From a virus: 64,000 nt of DNA. The stretch is taken from positions 1 to 64,000 of IMG/VR virus record IMGVR_UViG_3300042874_000422. The stretch is one strand, 5' to 3'. How positions within the stretch are numbered: the first letter of the stretch is position 1; every line of letters begins with the position of its first letter. A model generated the notes under the pieces. It was not told the DNA's origin and did not search any database. It saw nothing but the letters and a program-made list of their open reading frames with translations. The translations under genes and the position numbers were made by a program. Positions 1 through 9,248 of the stretch are shown piece by piece.

Positions 1-56
1 CTGTTGTAGAACCCTTCACACACGTTCCCTCTGATCAGAGAAAAAGGAAAAAGGAA

Positions 57-575
57 ATGGCGAATCAGCAGCAAGCGGTCGATTTCGAAGTACAGATCAA
101 CACCGAAGGCGTTCAGGAATTCGGTGGCGACGGTGGTGGGGGCGCACCCGAGGTAGAGCCCGGTGAGTACGTCCTCGACTGCGTCGACATCATCCAGGAC
201 ACGAGCAAGAACCAGAATTCGATGCTCGTCGTCACGTTCGAAGTCGTCGAAGGCGAAGCCGCCGGCAAGCAGCTCAAGGGCTGGTACACGCTGACCGACA
301 AGGCGCTCGGCCGCATCAAGAAGCTGCAGATCGCGTGCGGCGCTCGTCTCGATGCGATCCGCTCGTCGGAGATCCGTGGCGCGCGCATCCGCGCGACCGT
401 CGTGCATCAGGAAGGCGAGCAGCGCAACCGCCCGGACGGCACGCCGTTCCCGGTTCGCGTGTTCGCGAAGGTCGTCAACGAGCGCCCGCTCGAAGACGTC
501 CAGCCCGAGCCCGTGGCGCCCCCGCCGCCGGTCACTCGCGGCAACAACAAGGCCGCGACGACTCGTCGCGCCTAG
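57..575 (+). CDS. DUF669-like phage single-stranded DNA-binding protein
   Basis: PGEY..(C)VDI..DTSKNQNSMLVVTFEVVEGEAAGKQL pattern; strong AAGGA Shine-Dalgarno; upstream of the DNA polymerase. Confidence 0.65.
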   Translation: MANQQQAVDFEVQINTEGVQEFGGDGGGGAPEVEPGEYVLDCVDIIQDTSKNQNSMLVVTFEVVEGEAAGKQLKGWYTLTDKALGRIKKLQIACGARLDAIRSSEIRGARIRATVVHQEGEQRNRPDGTPFPVRVFAKVVNERPLEDVQPEPVAPPPPVTRGNNKAATTRRA

Positions 576-584
576 TTGGTTCTG

Positions 585-760
585 CAACCCGGGACAAGTC
601 GGATGTACCGACATCGAAGCGGGCGTACAGCCCAGGACGATGCCGACGCCGGTCGAGCGAAAGCTCTTTGTTGCTTCCGAGTGGAACCGGCTCCCACGTA
701 GGACGGAAGTGGGCTCTGTGAGAGACGTTAGCAGCGACGGACTGTGCTCACGTGCTGCAT
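585..760 (+). ncRNA. candidate structured RNA (3' UTR or ncRNA)
   Basis: Consecutive nested hairpins (GTCGG/CCGAC, CATCG/CGATG around GGGC/GCCC, GCCGG/CCGGC around GAGC-GAAA-GCTC, CCCAC/GTGGG, GCAGC/GCTGC); no credible ORF. Confidence 0.35.
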
Positions 761-761
761 T

Positions 762-795
762 GAAGAGCGACCCGCAAGGGTCGCTCTTCTCTTTT
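762..795 (+). terminator. intrinsic terminator
   Basis: GAAGAGCGACCC-GCAA-GGGTCGCTCTTC 12-bp stem followed by TCTTTT. Confidence 0.85.
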
Positions 796-966
796 CGGGG
801 GTTGTACGTACGTGCGATCCCGTACGCAGACCTGTCCGGAGCGATCTCACTCAGAAAATTCGTCGGAAAAAACTTGCGACGTTCGATCTCGCTCCGCTAG
901 AAGGGACGAGGCGCGCGATAGCGCGTCCAACACAAACACGAATGACACGCCAGGGGGCTGGCCTGC

Positions 967-1437
967 ATGAAGACCGCGAACGCGACACGGCTGTGCCGTG
1001 ACGAAAACTGCGAGCGTTTCGAGGTTCACTACGAGCACGAGTGCGGCGTGGTGGACGACTCCGAGCAAGACGACGACACCGTCGACGTTTCGCTCTCCTA
1101 CTGGCCGACCTGGGTGAAAGCGCGCGAAGCTGTCACACGTCGCGCCGAGGCACCGTGGCGCAAGAGCGCGCCCAAGGCGCTGGACCATTCGATCGCGAAG
1201 TCGATATCCCGCACGTACCCCAAGCCGTTCCACGTGATCCTGCGTGACGTCGAGGAAGATTACGGCGAGGTCAACCCGCGCACCGCACAGCGGCGCCTGA
1301 AGAAACTCGTCGAGCGCGGGCACTTCCTGCGCATCGATCTCGGTCGCCGGCTCTACGCATACTTGCGGCCTGGCTCGACGCTCGTGCATGACACCGATCT
1401 CATGCGCGAGCAGCTCGATGACCTGGTGATGCAGTAG
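967..1437 (+). CDS. hypothetical protein, possible winged-helix DNA-binding domain
   Basis: C-terminal NPRTAQRRLKKLVERGHFLRI pattern; coupled to the polymerase gene. Confidence 0.5.
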   Translation: MKTANATRLCRDENCERFEVHYEHECGVVDDSEQDDDTVDVSLSYWPTWVKAREAVTRRAEAPWRKSAPKALDHSIAKSISRTYPKPFHVILRDVEEDYGEVNPRTAQRRLKKLVERGHFLRIDLGRRLYAYLRPGSTLVHDTDLMREQLDDLVMQ

Positions 1438-4400
1438 TGCCGCTGCTCCGTGGATCTCTCCACGGGGCGAAGTGCGAAGACTGCCCGCTATCGATCAACG
1501 GTCGACCGCTTCGTCCCGTGTTCTCCGAGCACCCCGAGAAACCTCTGTGGGTTCTCATCGGGGAAGGGCCGGGCCGTACCGAAGTGCAGGTGCAGCGCCC
1601 GTTCCAGGGGAGTCAGCAGATCGTCGAGAAGATGCTGACCAAGATCGGTCGGCGTCGCGACGAGCTTGCGCTCACGACCGCCGTGCTGTGTGGCGCACCG
1701 GTCGGCACTGTCCCCGAGGCGCTGCGCGACAAAGCCGTCGCAGCGTGCAGCGGACGGCTCCAGGCCGAGCTGGCGCAATGGCCCGGCATCCCGGTGCTCA
1801 CGATGGGCGCGGTCGCGGCGCGGGCGGTGATTCCCAAGGCGACGCTCGACGCGATCGATCCGCCAGACGTTCCCAAGACGAAGAAGAAGAGCCAGAAGGA
1901 GAAGCAGAAGGCCGAGGCCAAACTGCTCGTGAAGACCGCGAAGAAGGAGGCTCGCGACATCGCTAAGATCGCAGCCGCCCGGCTCAAGCACAAGGTCGCG
2001 GTCCGAAAAAAGCAGCTCTACGACGAGGCGATGCGACCGCTGCCATCGGAGCCGTTTCGTCGACGGAAAAAGCCGTCCCGCGACCTCGTCGAGCGGTGGC
2101 TCGCATCCGACACCCCGAAGATGAAGGCGAGAGCCGACGCCGAGGCGATCCAGGAGTACGAGCTGGGCTTCAAGGAGCGCGAGCTGGCAGCGCAGTACGA
2201 GATCGCGCACCCCAAGCCGAAGAAGCCGGCGAAGTCCAAGCCGATCAAGATCACCGACATCGTATCGACGTGCTTCGACGTCGACATCGACGGCTCGGGA
2301 CCACGCCCGGTCATCCCGACGATCCATCCGGTGACGCTGCTCAAGGGTGGTGGCGCGACGATCGGCGGTACGCACACGCCCGACCTCGCGTTCATCAACC
2401 TCTACTACGACGCCGGCAAGGTCGACGCGCTCGCACGTGGCGTCGATATCCGGCTCAAGTTGAACGTCGAGACCGAGATCGCGAGCATCGATCGCACGGT
2501 CCAGCTGCTCCGCGAGATCGTCTTCACGGCGATCGAAGAGGGCGAGGCCGCGATCGACCTTGAGACCTACGTCGAGGATCCGGAACGACATCACGCCCTG
2601 ATGGCGTACATGGCGAAGATCCGGACCATCGGCATCGCGACCGAACACCGGTCGATCTCGCTGATGTGGGACCTGATCCCAGGGTGGGCGCAGAGCTACG
2701 TGCAGATGCTGCTCGGGCACCACAAGGTCATCAAGACGTTCCACAACGGGCTCTACGATCGCACCGTGTTCCTCGCGAACGGCTTCAACCTCGAAGGCCC
2801 GTGGGAGGACACGCTGCTCGCGCACCACGCCGCGTTCCCGGGCTGCGCGCACAAGCTGCAGGTCGTCACGAGCCAGTTCTTCGCGGTGTCGCCGTGGAAG
2901 AGCGAATTCCGCAACGCCGAGGAAACGCCCGAAGGGCTCACCACGTACAACGCGAAGGACACCGGTGCCACACGGGCGCTACGACCGGCGCTGACGGTCT
3001 GGGTCAAGCGGACCGGGACCGAGAAGATCTACGCGCTCGATCGCAAGATGTCCGAGATCGCCAGCAAGATGCACCTGGCGGGCATGCCGGTGGACCGAGG
3101 GGTCAACACCGAGCTGCTCAACACGTTTTCCAAGAACGTGAAGGAGTCGCGGCAAGCCGTCGATGACGTCGCTGCGGACCCGAAGATCCGGGAACAGATG
3201 TTCCATCACCTCGCGTTGCAGCAGGCGCAGAAGGCGAGGAAGAACGACCCGTCCGAGTACGTCACGCCCGAGGGTGTGACCGTCCGCGAACTAGAAGCAC
3301 GCTACTACAGGCGTCTCGACGAGATCAAATACAACAGCAAGTGGAAGTGGAAGGTCGGCTCGGGCAAGCACATTGCCGCGCTCTTGCTCGCGCTCGGCGT
3401 CGGGCTCCACCAGACGACCGCTAGCGGTCAGATCTCGACGAAGAAGGACATCCTCGAAACGCTCACGAACGTCCCGGTCGTTCGCGACATCCTGACGTTT
3501 CGCGAGAACGACAAGCTGCTCTCGACGTTCATCTGGCAGATCTTCGATCGCTTCGACCGCGACGGAAACCTGATCCAGTACGGCTACGCCGACGGCGACG
3601 ATCGCATCCACCCGATCTGGGTCGTCCACAAGATCACCGGTCGCTGGGCGTCGAGCGAGCCCGTCGTCTCCAACGTCCCGAAGGACAAATACCGCAAGCT
3701 CGCCGACGGCACCAAGCAGATCGTCCGGCCCAATCTCCGTCGACAGATCGTCGCTCCACCCGGGCGTATCTTCGTCGGCTTCGACTTCGCGCAGCTCGAA
3801 GCACGCATCATCGCGCTGATCTCGGGCGACCCGTTCCTGTGCGACGTGTTCGCTCGCGGCATGGACATCCATCGCGAGTGCGCTCGTGTGGTGTTCCCGC
3901 AGTTCGACACGCTGCCCAAGGACGATCAGAAGCAGGCACGCGATCTGGTGAAACCGCTGGAGTACGGCGCGTTCTACGGCGGCGCTGTCGAGACCTTGTG
4001 GAAGGACCTCCTCAAAGAAGGCCGGCAGATCTCGCTCGCGAACGTCGCCAAGGCGGTCGCGACGTTGATGGCGAAGATGGCCGGCGTCGTTCGCTGGCAG
4101 CAGGAGACGGTGCGCAAGGCGAGCTTGCCGCCGTTCATGATCAAGGAATTCCTCTACGGTCGCTGCCGCACGTTCCCGCTCGGCCAGGTCGAGGCAACGG
4201 AGGCGATGAACTTCGGCGTTCAGGCAGCCGGCGCGAGCATCATGAACACCGGCATGGCAATCGCAGACGACGGTTTATCAGCCTACAAGGAGGCGTTCGC
4301 CATCGCGCAAATCCATGACGCTGCGGTCTTCGAGTGTTGGGAAGACGACGCACCACGGCTCGCGGAAGACGTCGACCGGTGGTTCACGCAAAGCTACGAG

Positions 4401-4466
4401 AGCGGTGGCCGTTCGATCCCGTTCACGGTTGATGTGAAGATTGCGAAATCGTGGGCTGACGTATGA
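1437..4466 (+). CDS. polA: family A DNA polymerase with N-terminal uracil-DNA-glycosylase-like domain and 3'-5' exonuclease
   Basis: UDG4-like CEDCPL, GEGPGRTE, HP; Exo DLET, FHNGLYD, YNAKD; polymerase TGRWASS, DFAQLEAR, RDLVKPLEYGAFYG, QIHD. Confidence 0.93.
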   Translation: MPLLRGSLHGAKCEDCPLSINGRPLRPVFSEHPEKPLWVLIGEGPGRTEVQVQRPFQGSQQIVEKMLTKIGRRRDELALTTAVLCGAPVGTVPEALRDKAVAACSGRLQAELAQWPGIPVLTMGAVAARAVIPKATLDAIDPPDVPKTKKKSQKEKQKAEAKLLVKTAKKEARDIAKIAAARLKHKVAVRKKQLYDEAMRPLPSEPFRRRKKPSRDLVERWLASDTPKMKARADAEAIQEYELGFKERELAAQYEIAHPKPKKPAKSKPIKITDIVSTCFDVDIDGSGPRPVIPTIHPVTLLKGGGATIGGTHTPDLAFINLYYDAGKVDALARGVDIRLKLNVETEIASIDRTVQLLREIVFTAIEEGEAAIDLETYVEDPERHHALMAYMAKIRTIGIATEHRSISLMWDLIPGWAQSYVQMLLGHHKVIKTFHNGLYDRTVFLANGFNLEGPWEDTLLAHHAAFPGCAHKLQVVTSQFFAVSPWKSEFRNAEETPEGLTTYNAKDTGATRALRPALTVWVKRTGTEKIYALDRKMSEIASKMHLAGMPVDRGVNTELLNTFSKNVKESRQAVDDVAADPKIREQMFHHLALQQAQKARKNDPSEYVTPEGVTVRELEARYYRRLDEIKYNSKWKWKVGSGKHIAALLLALGVGLHQTTASGQISTKKDILETLTNVPVVRDILTFRENDKLLSTFIWQIFDRFDRDGNLIQYGYADGDDRIHPIWVVHKITGRWASSEPVVSNVPKDKYRKLADGTKQIVRPNLRRQIVAPPGRIFVGFDFAQLEARIIALISGDPFLCDVFARGMDIHRECARVVFPQFDTLPKDDQKQARDLVKPLEYGAFYGGAVETLWKDLLKEGRQISLANVAKAVATLMAKMAGVVRWQQETVRKASLPPFMIKEFLYGRCRTFPLGQVEATEAMNFGVQAAGASIMNTGMAIADDGLSAYKEAFAIAQIHDAAVFECWEDDAPRLAEDVDRWFTQSYESGGRSIPFTVDVKIAKSWADV

Positions 4467-4575
4467 CTGAGATAGAGCGCTTCTGGTCGAAAACAAAGCA
4501 AGACGGGGCGTGTGTCGTCTGGACCGATAGCCTGTCCGCGCACGGACTGTCGGACCCTCCTGGTAGAACGCTGGG
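4463..4575 (+). pseudogene. N-terminal remnant of an HNH homing endonuclease
   Basis: MTEIERFWSKTKQDGACVVWT is a typical HNH_3 N-terminus; similarity is then lost and no HNH motif follows. Confidence 0.6.
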
Positions 4576-4899
4576 ATGTTCGAAATTGGCTCCGACCGAT
4601 GGCCGGGCATCTCGAAGCTCGTCGAGGAATGCGGCGAAACGCTGCAGGTCGCCGGCAAGCTGATGGGCACCAAGGGCGAGATCAAACACTGGGACATGGC
4701 GAATCGTGCGACAGCGCCCAACGCGACGGAGAACCTCACCGAACGGCTGCAGAACGAGCTGGCTGATCTGCAGGCAGCGATCATCTTCGTCACGCGGCAC
4801 TGCAACCTCGATCTTCTCGCGATCAGTGAACGATCATCCCGCAAGCTGGAGCGTTTCGAGATGTGGCACCGACAACAGACCGCCGAATCGATTCGGTGA
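4576..4899 (+). CDS. MazG-like nucleotide pyrophosphohydrolase
   Basis: KLVEECGE...NELADL (EExxE/ExxD). Confidence 0.75.
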   Translation: MFEIGSDRWPGISKLVEECGETLQVAGKLMGTKGEIKHWDMANRATAPNATENLTERLQNELADLQAAIIFVTRHCNLDLLAISERSSRKLERFEMWHRQQTAESIR

Positions 4900-5153
4900 T
4901 GTCGGCCACCAACGGGCACAATAGCAACGGCCACAACGGCCACAACGACCATGATCTCGACGCACAGCTTGATCTCGATTTGCTAGAAGACGATCCCGAA
5001 GTCGTGCGGCCTTGCAGCGAGCGCCTTGGTTACGGTTCGTGGTGCTTCCTGCCGGACGGGCACGATGGCAATCACGAAGGCGTCCCGCCCGTGTACGGGC
5101 CGGTTGAAGAGCGCCCGAGGCTGTGGCGCGAGCACAAGGGTTATACCCGATGA
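4899..5153 (+). CDS. hypothetical protein with NGH repeats
   Basis: Coupled on both sides; C..WC....H.G.H motif. Confidence 0.55.
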   Translation: MSATNGHNSNGHNGHNDHDLDAQLDLDLLEDDPEVVRPCSERLGYGSWCFLPDGHDGNHEGVPPVYGPVEERPRLWREHKGYTR

Positions 5154-5707
5154 GCAAGAAACTCCTCGACCAGTTCGGCAACCCGTACTCCGACAGCTAC
5201 TGCACACCGCCGTGGCTCACGCAGCGGCTGCCGATGGTCGATCTCGATCCGTGCAGCAACCCGCGCTCGACCGTCCGCGCTCGTCGACGGTACTCGCTGG
5301 AAATGCGGCTCGACGGGCTCAAACTGCCGTGGGTCGGCTCGGTGTTCCTCAACTGGCCATACAGCGATCCGCTGCCGTGGGCGATCAAACTGCGCGAGGA
5401 GCTGGCGTCCGGTCGCTGCACGCAGGCGATCGTGCTGTGCAAGCACGATTCGTCGACGGAATGGTGGCGTGAGCTGGTGAAGGGCGCGACACCAGATCAG
5501 TGGCAGTTCTTCTCGCGCATCCAGTTCGACGAGCCCAAGGAGCTTGTCGCCGATCGCGTTGCGAAGTTCGTCGCCGAGGGCAAATCCGCCAAGTCCGGCG
5601 AGAAATCGTCGAACAACTTCTGCTCGACGATCATCCATCACCGAGGACAAAACGCGCAGCTCGTGCTCGAAGACTTCGCCGATCGGTGGGTCCGGATCGC
5701 CGCGTAA
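5150..5707 (+). CDS. phage DNA N6-adenine methyltransferase (Dam-like)
   Basis: TPPW, DLDPC, DGL..PW, FLNWPYS (NPPY variant), STEWW. Confidence 0.85.
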   Translation: MSKKLLDQFGNPYSDSYCTPPWLTQRLPMVDLDPCSNPRSTVRARRRYSLEMRLDGLKLPWVGSVFLNWPYSDPLPWAIKLREELASGRCTQAIVLCKHDSSTEWWRELVKGATPDQWQFFSRIQFDEPKELVADRVAKFVAEGKSAKSGEKSSNNFCSTIIHHRGQNAQLVLEDFADRWVRIAA

Positions 5708-5789
5708 CCGTCAGCGTTCGGGGCTACGGCCGGATCCGCCTGGCAGTCGGACGCTTGACGCTAGTTTTGACGTGTGGGAACGTCAGTGC

Positions 5790-5909
5790 ATGGCAAAGCG
5801 CAAGCGTAAGTCCCTGGCAGCGAAGCGTGCAGGCAAGAAGTGCAAGAACGGGTTCCGCAAGGGCTCGGCTCGTTGCCTGAAGCGTCCGCGCAAGCGCCGC
5901 AGCAAGTAA
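5790..5909 (+). CDS. 39-aa protamine-like basic protein
   Basis: MAKRKRKSLAAKRAGKKCKNGFRKGSARCLKRPRKRRSK. Confidence 0.65.
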   Translation: MAKRKRKSLAAKRAGKKCKNGFRKGSARCLKRPRKRRSK

Positions 5910-5966
5910 GACCGTCGTCGTCTTCTGATCTGACGTCGCGTTCTACGCGGTAACCTGGGAGGCACG

Positions 5967-6275
5967 ATGCACTTGCTCACGCAATGGGAGCAATCTCCCA
6001 CGTACGACCCGTACAACCCGAACCAGATCATCCGAGAGCCGAACAACATCGGCATCCCGGGCGGCGCGTACGGTTCGTTCTACTTCAACAAGCAGCCGAA
6101 CACCGTCAGTCAGGTGCTCGGCGGCTTCAGCTTCGGCGGGCTTCCCCCGTGGGGCCAGGCGTTGATCGTCGGCACGCTCGCGGCCGGCATCGGCTTCTAC
6201 GGCCTGAAGTATGTCGGTCCCAAGGTCGGGCTTCGCGGTCTGGCCGGCCCTCGTCGTCGGCGTAGGCGAACCTGA
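5967..6275 (+). CDS. putative virion membrane protein (single TM, LRGLAG + poly-Arg tail)
   Basis: GGAGG SD; TM ALIVGTLAAGIGFYGL. Confidence 0.75.
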   Translation: MHLLTQWEQSPTYDPYNPNQIIREPNNIGIPGGAYGSFYFNKQPNTVSQVLGGFSFGGLPPWGQALIVGTLAAGIGFYGLKYVGPKVGLRGLAGPRRRRRRT

Positions 6276-6535
6276 TGTCGAACCTCCCCGGGTCCCCGAC
6301 GTACCGGCTGCGCCTTCACACCGGTCCGGTGAAGGAGGCGCGGCGCTCGGTCGCGCGCCAGCTCAAGCGGGCGAAGATCAAGGTCGCCGTCAGCGGCACC
6401 GAGCACGTCTACGCCGACGTCAAGGCGAACAGCTGCGAGGACGCTCAGATGCGGCTCGCCAAGGCGCTCCAGAAGAAAGGTCTGCGTCGGCTGTCGACGC
6501 AGGCATTCTCGACGAGCTGCACGCGGAGGCGCTGA
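6275..6535 (+). CDS. small basic protein
   Basis: TGATG coupling; K/R-rich with Cys pair. Confidence 0.7.
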   Translation: MSNLPGSPTYRLRLHTGPVKEARRSVARQLKRAKIKVAVSGTEHVYADVKANSCEDAQMRLAKALQKKGLRRLSTQAFSTSCTRRR

Positions 6536-6759
6536 TGGCCAAAGCGAAGTGCCACGTTGAATTCGTCACCGGGCGCGGCGGTCCTGCCGCTGTCCTGATG
6601 GACGATCGCGGTCGGTCACTCAACGTGATCAACTATCCCCGCGATCACCACCTCACGCCGAAGGCGAAAACGGCGGCTCGCCGTCGTCTGATGCGCGGGT
6701 GCCAGGAGCTGTCGCGCTCGCTCGGCGGTGCCAAGCGCAAGCGGAGACGCTCTCGCTGA
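6535..6759 (+). CDS. small basic protein (SLGG-AKRKRRRSR tail)
   Basis: TGATG coupling; MAKAKCHVEF start. Confidence 0.7.
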   Translation: MAKAKCHVEFVTGRGGPAAVLMDDRGRSLNVINYPRDHHLTPKAKTAARRRLMRGCQELSRSLGGAKRKRRRSR

Positions 6760-6880
6760 TCATCAAGGGCCGGGCACGCTGCTCTACTACTCGGGCTCGT
6801 GCGTCCGCAGCGACTACAAGACCGGCGATCCGCGCAAGACCGGCAGCCTCGCCGGCAAGCGACGCAAGCGCCGTCGTTGA
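6758..6880 (+). pseudogene. 3' remnant of a basic-protein gene with no good start
   Basis: Frame reads PGTLLYYSGSCVRSDYKTGDPRKTGSLAGKRRKRRR-stop, the same tail type as its neighbours. Confidence 0.55.
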
Positions 6881-6912
6881 TTCGATCTTGACAGCCCTGT
6901 ACGCTCGGGTGC

Positions 6913-7254
6913 ATGGCCAAGCGGATCGACGATAGCCACCAGCCGTTCAAGCGCACGGGCGCGATCGGCCCTGGCCCCAAGAAGCGCCCCAAGCTCCACC
7001 AGGAGCGCGACTGGGAGTGCCAGAAGGGCAAGAACACCAAGACCCACTACGTGCAGGTCTGCACGTACGTCGGCGACAACCGCAAGCGGCGCGGCAAGAA
7101 GGTCAAGGTGCTCCGCTCGAAGAAGTCGAAGAAGAGCTACAACAAGCTCTGGCGGAAGTGGGCCAAGCGCAACGCGCGCATCCAGGCGCTGCAGAACAAG
7201 GGCGCCAAGACCGGCTACCGCTGCCGCAAGACGCCCGCGTCCAGGTGCCGCTAA
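6913..7254 (+). CDS. Lys/Arg-rich basic protein
   Basis: TACGCT-N7-ATG leaderless start; 4 Cys. Confidence 0.75.
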   Translation: MAKRIDDSHQPFKRTGAIGPGPKKRPKLHQERDWECQKGKNTKTHYVQVCTYVGDNRKRRGKKVKVLRSKKSKKSYNKLWRKWAKRNARIQALQNKGAKTGYRCRKTPASRCR

Positions 7255-7577
7255 TGCCGGCGATCATGGCGCTCGAAGGCCCGAAGAACCTCGGCGCGGT
7301 TCGCGTCACGCTCGGTCCGCGTGGTCGCAACGTCGCCACGTCGACGCTCGGGCCGGTCGCGGGCCCGCTCGGGCTCGTCATGCGCGGTCGCGGCGGCGCG
7401 ACGCACACGCTGATGGGCGTCACCGACACGATCAAGGCGCATCCGTGGGCGATCGTCGCCGGCATCCTGTTCGGCGCGTACGCGCTGACCAAAGGCTGGT
7501 CGCCCGGCATGATCTGGGGCGGGCACCAGGCGGCGCACGCTCGCAACAAGTCGCTGCACGGTCGGAGGCGGCGCTGA
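7254..7577 (+). CDS. putative virion membrane protein (TM, SLHG-RRRR tail)
   Basis: TAATG coupling; TM WAIVAGILFGAYAL; repeated LG. Confidence 0.7.
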   Translation: MPAIMALEGPKNLGAVRVTLGPRGRNVATSTLGPVAGPLGLVMRGRGGATHTLMGVTDTIKAHPWAIVAGILFGAYALTKGWSPGMIWGGHQAAHARNKSLHGRRRR

Positions 7578-7897
7578 TGGCGCGGCGCGGGGCTCCAGTC
7601 CGGGCCACGCTGCTCTGCGCGATCAAGTTCTGGTCGATCGACGACGGCAAGACCGCCACGCTGCGTTCGGGCGTGCGCAGCGTCGTGCGCAAGCAGGGAT
7701 TCACACCGGCCGCGATCGATCGCGCCGAGCGTGAGCTGGCTCGCGAAGGCAAGATTCAAGTCGGCGGCACGCGGAGCGGCAAGACGCTCAAGCTGCTCGA
7801 CGACGTCAACTGCTCGACGGTAAAACTCGCGCCGTGGACGGATGACGGTTACCCCGGCGCGTCGCTCTCCGGGCGCCGCCGCAAGCGGAGGCACTGA
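7577..7897 (+). CDS. small basic protein (SLSG-RRRKRRH tail)
   Basis: TGATG coupling. Confidence 0.7.
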   Translation: MARRGAPVRATLLCAIKFWSIDDGKTATLRSGVRSVVRKQGFTPAAIDRAERELAREGKIQVGGTRSGKTLKLLDDVNCSTVKLAPWTDDGYPGASLSGRRRKRRH

Positions 7898-8274
7898 TGG
7901 CTCGTCGTCGGAAAAGCAAAGGGCTCAGAGGGCTCGGGTATCACTCGATCCAGCGGTTCACGATTACCGGTTGTACGCCCAAGCGGGTTTACACCAGTGT
8001 CGTTGACGTCTTACTCGCGGCCAAGCACCGCTCGAAGCGGACGAGCAAGACCTGTAAAGTCTCGCACGGGCTCCCCGGCGCCGAGCGTGAGATCGCGTCG
8101 TGCGCCGACCGCAAGTGCCGCACGGTCAGCGGCAAGGCGATCAGCATGCGCAAGCTCTACGAGATGGAGCAGGGCGCCAAGCCCGAAGCCAGCGGTCACG
8201 GCAAGCGCGGCAAGGCGGTGCGGAACATCCGCGCCAAGGGCGCCCGCAGGGTCAAAGGCAAGCGGGTGTTCTGA
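7897..8274 (+). CDS. basic protein with N-terminal MARRRKSKG-LRGLG leader
   Basis: TGATG coupling; 4 Cys. Confidence 0.7.
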   Translation: MARRRKSKGLRGLGYHSIQRFTITGCTPKRVYTSVVDVLLAAKHRSKRTSKTCKVSHGLPGAEREIASCADRKCRTVSGKAISMRKLYEMEQGAKPEASGHGKRGKAVRNIRAKGARRVKGKRVF

Positions 8275-8489
8275 TGGCCAAACGTAAGCGCAAGCAGCTC
8301 GCCGGGCTCGTCGACGATGTCCGCCATGGCTGCCGCGTCACGATCGTCACGCCGCAAGGTCAGCAGCGCACCGGTCGCGCGGTGATGCGCGGCCCTGCCG
8401 GCTGGGTGCTCAACATGGGCGGCAAGCACGGCACGCCGGGCATCGCGAGCGACAAGAACATCATCCGTGTTCACTGCAAGAGAGGCTGA
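8274..8489 (+). CDS. basic protein with MAKRKRKQ-LAG leader
   Basis: TGATG coupling. Confidence 0.7.
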   Translation: MAKRKRKQLAGLVDDVRHGCRVTIVTPQGQQRTGRAVMRGPAGWVLNMGGKHGTPGIASDKNIIRVHCKRG

Positions 8490-8490
8490 C

Positions 8491-8751
8491 ATGGCGAAAG
8501 CGGTTTGTATCGAACACAAAGGCGGCAAGTGCGTACGATGGCGCATCGGTGGCGCCACGGTCACGCTCGCCGGTCTCGGCGGTCCCCGAGCGTCTCGGAG
8601 AGCGCAGTCATGTGTCTCTCGCGAGATCGCCAAGCACTGCCGGAAGAAACGTGGCAAGGGCTGCAAGATTCCGTCGGTGAGCAAGCAGGCGCAGGCCATC
8701 GCTTACAGCATCTGCCGCCGCAAGGGCTTCCGCTCGATCGCAGCTCGCTAG
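8491..8751 (+). CDS. Cys-rich basic protein (LAGLGG)
   Basis: GAGG SD; QAQAIAYSICRRKG. Confidence 0.7.
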   Translation: MAKAVCIEHKGGKCVRWRIGGATVTLAGLGGPRASRRAQSCVSREIAKHCRKKRGKGCKIPSVSKQAQAIAYSICRRKGFRSIAAR

Positions 8752-9248
8752 CGGTACTGCGGGTGTTCCTGTAGGAACTTGCGACGCGCTGCTTTGGCGC
8801 CCTCGGTGTCGTTGTCGTTCTCGACGAGCGCCGGGTACGACGCGATCCGCTTGCCGGAATCCTCGTCGTAGAAGTCGCGACCGTCCTGGTAGAACTGGCC
8901 GGTCCCGAGGAGCCCGCCCGCACGCTTGCGCCGCGTCTTGAAGACGTAGACGCCACCACCGATGACGATGAGCGCGAGTGCGAGCCACAGCCACGGGAAC
9001 GGCTTGGCGACGACGGGCGCAGTGCCGGTGACGTTGATGATCTCACCCGTGTTGAGGCTCGCTAGGAGCGTCTGCACGGTGTCTGGATCGCCGCCGATCG
9101 CGATGGCCTTGTCGGCGACCTGGTTCAGCTCGGTGCCGGTGTACTTCGCCATCTCGGCGTACGCCTCTTCCCATGAGCCGCGTGACAGGGCGTCGACGAT
9201 GATCTGGGCGGAAGCGTACGTCGGCGACACGGCGGCGAGGGAGAGCAT
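8748..9248 (-). CDS. single-pass membrane protein
   Basis: TM FPWLWLALALIVIGGGVYVF followed by KTRRKR-AGGLLG; TAGCAT-N6-ATG. Confidence 0.75.
   Translation of the reverse strand: MLSLAAVSPTYASAQIIVDALSRGSWEEAYAEMAKYTGTELNQVADKAIAIGGDPDTVQTLLASLNTGEIINVTGTAPVVAKPFPWLWLALALIVIGGGVYVFKTRRKRAGGLLGTGQFYQDGRDFYDEDSGKRIASYPALVENDNDTEGAKAARRKFLQEHPQYR

Noticed and set aside
1437-5707. Hypermodified or substituted-base DNA system
   Set aside because: ThyX plus dCMP deaminase indicate ordinary dTMP synthesis; no PurZ, queuosine-pathway or hydroxymethylase genes seen. MazG, Nudix and NDT-like genes alone are insufficient.
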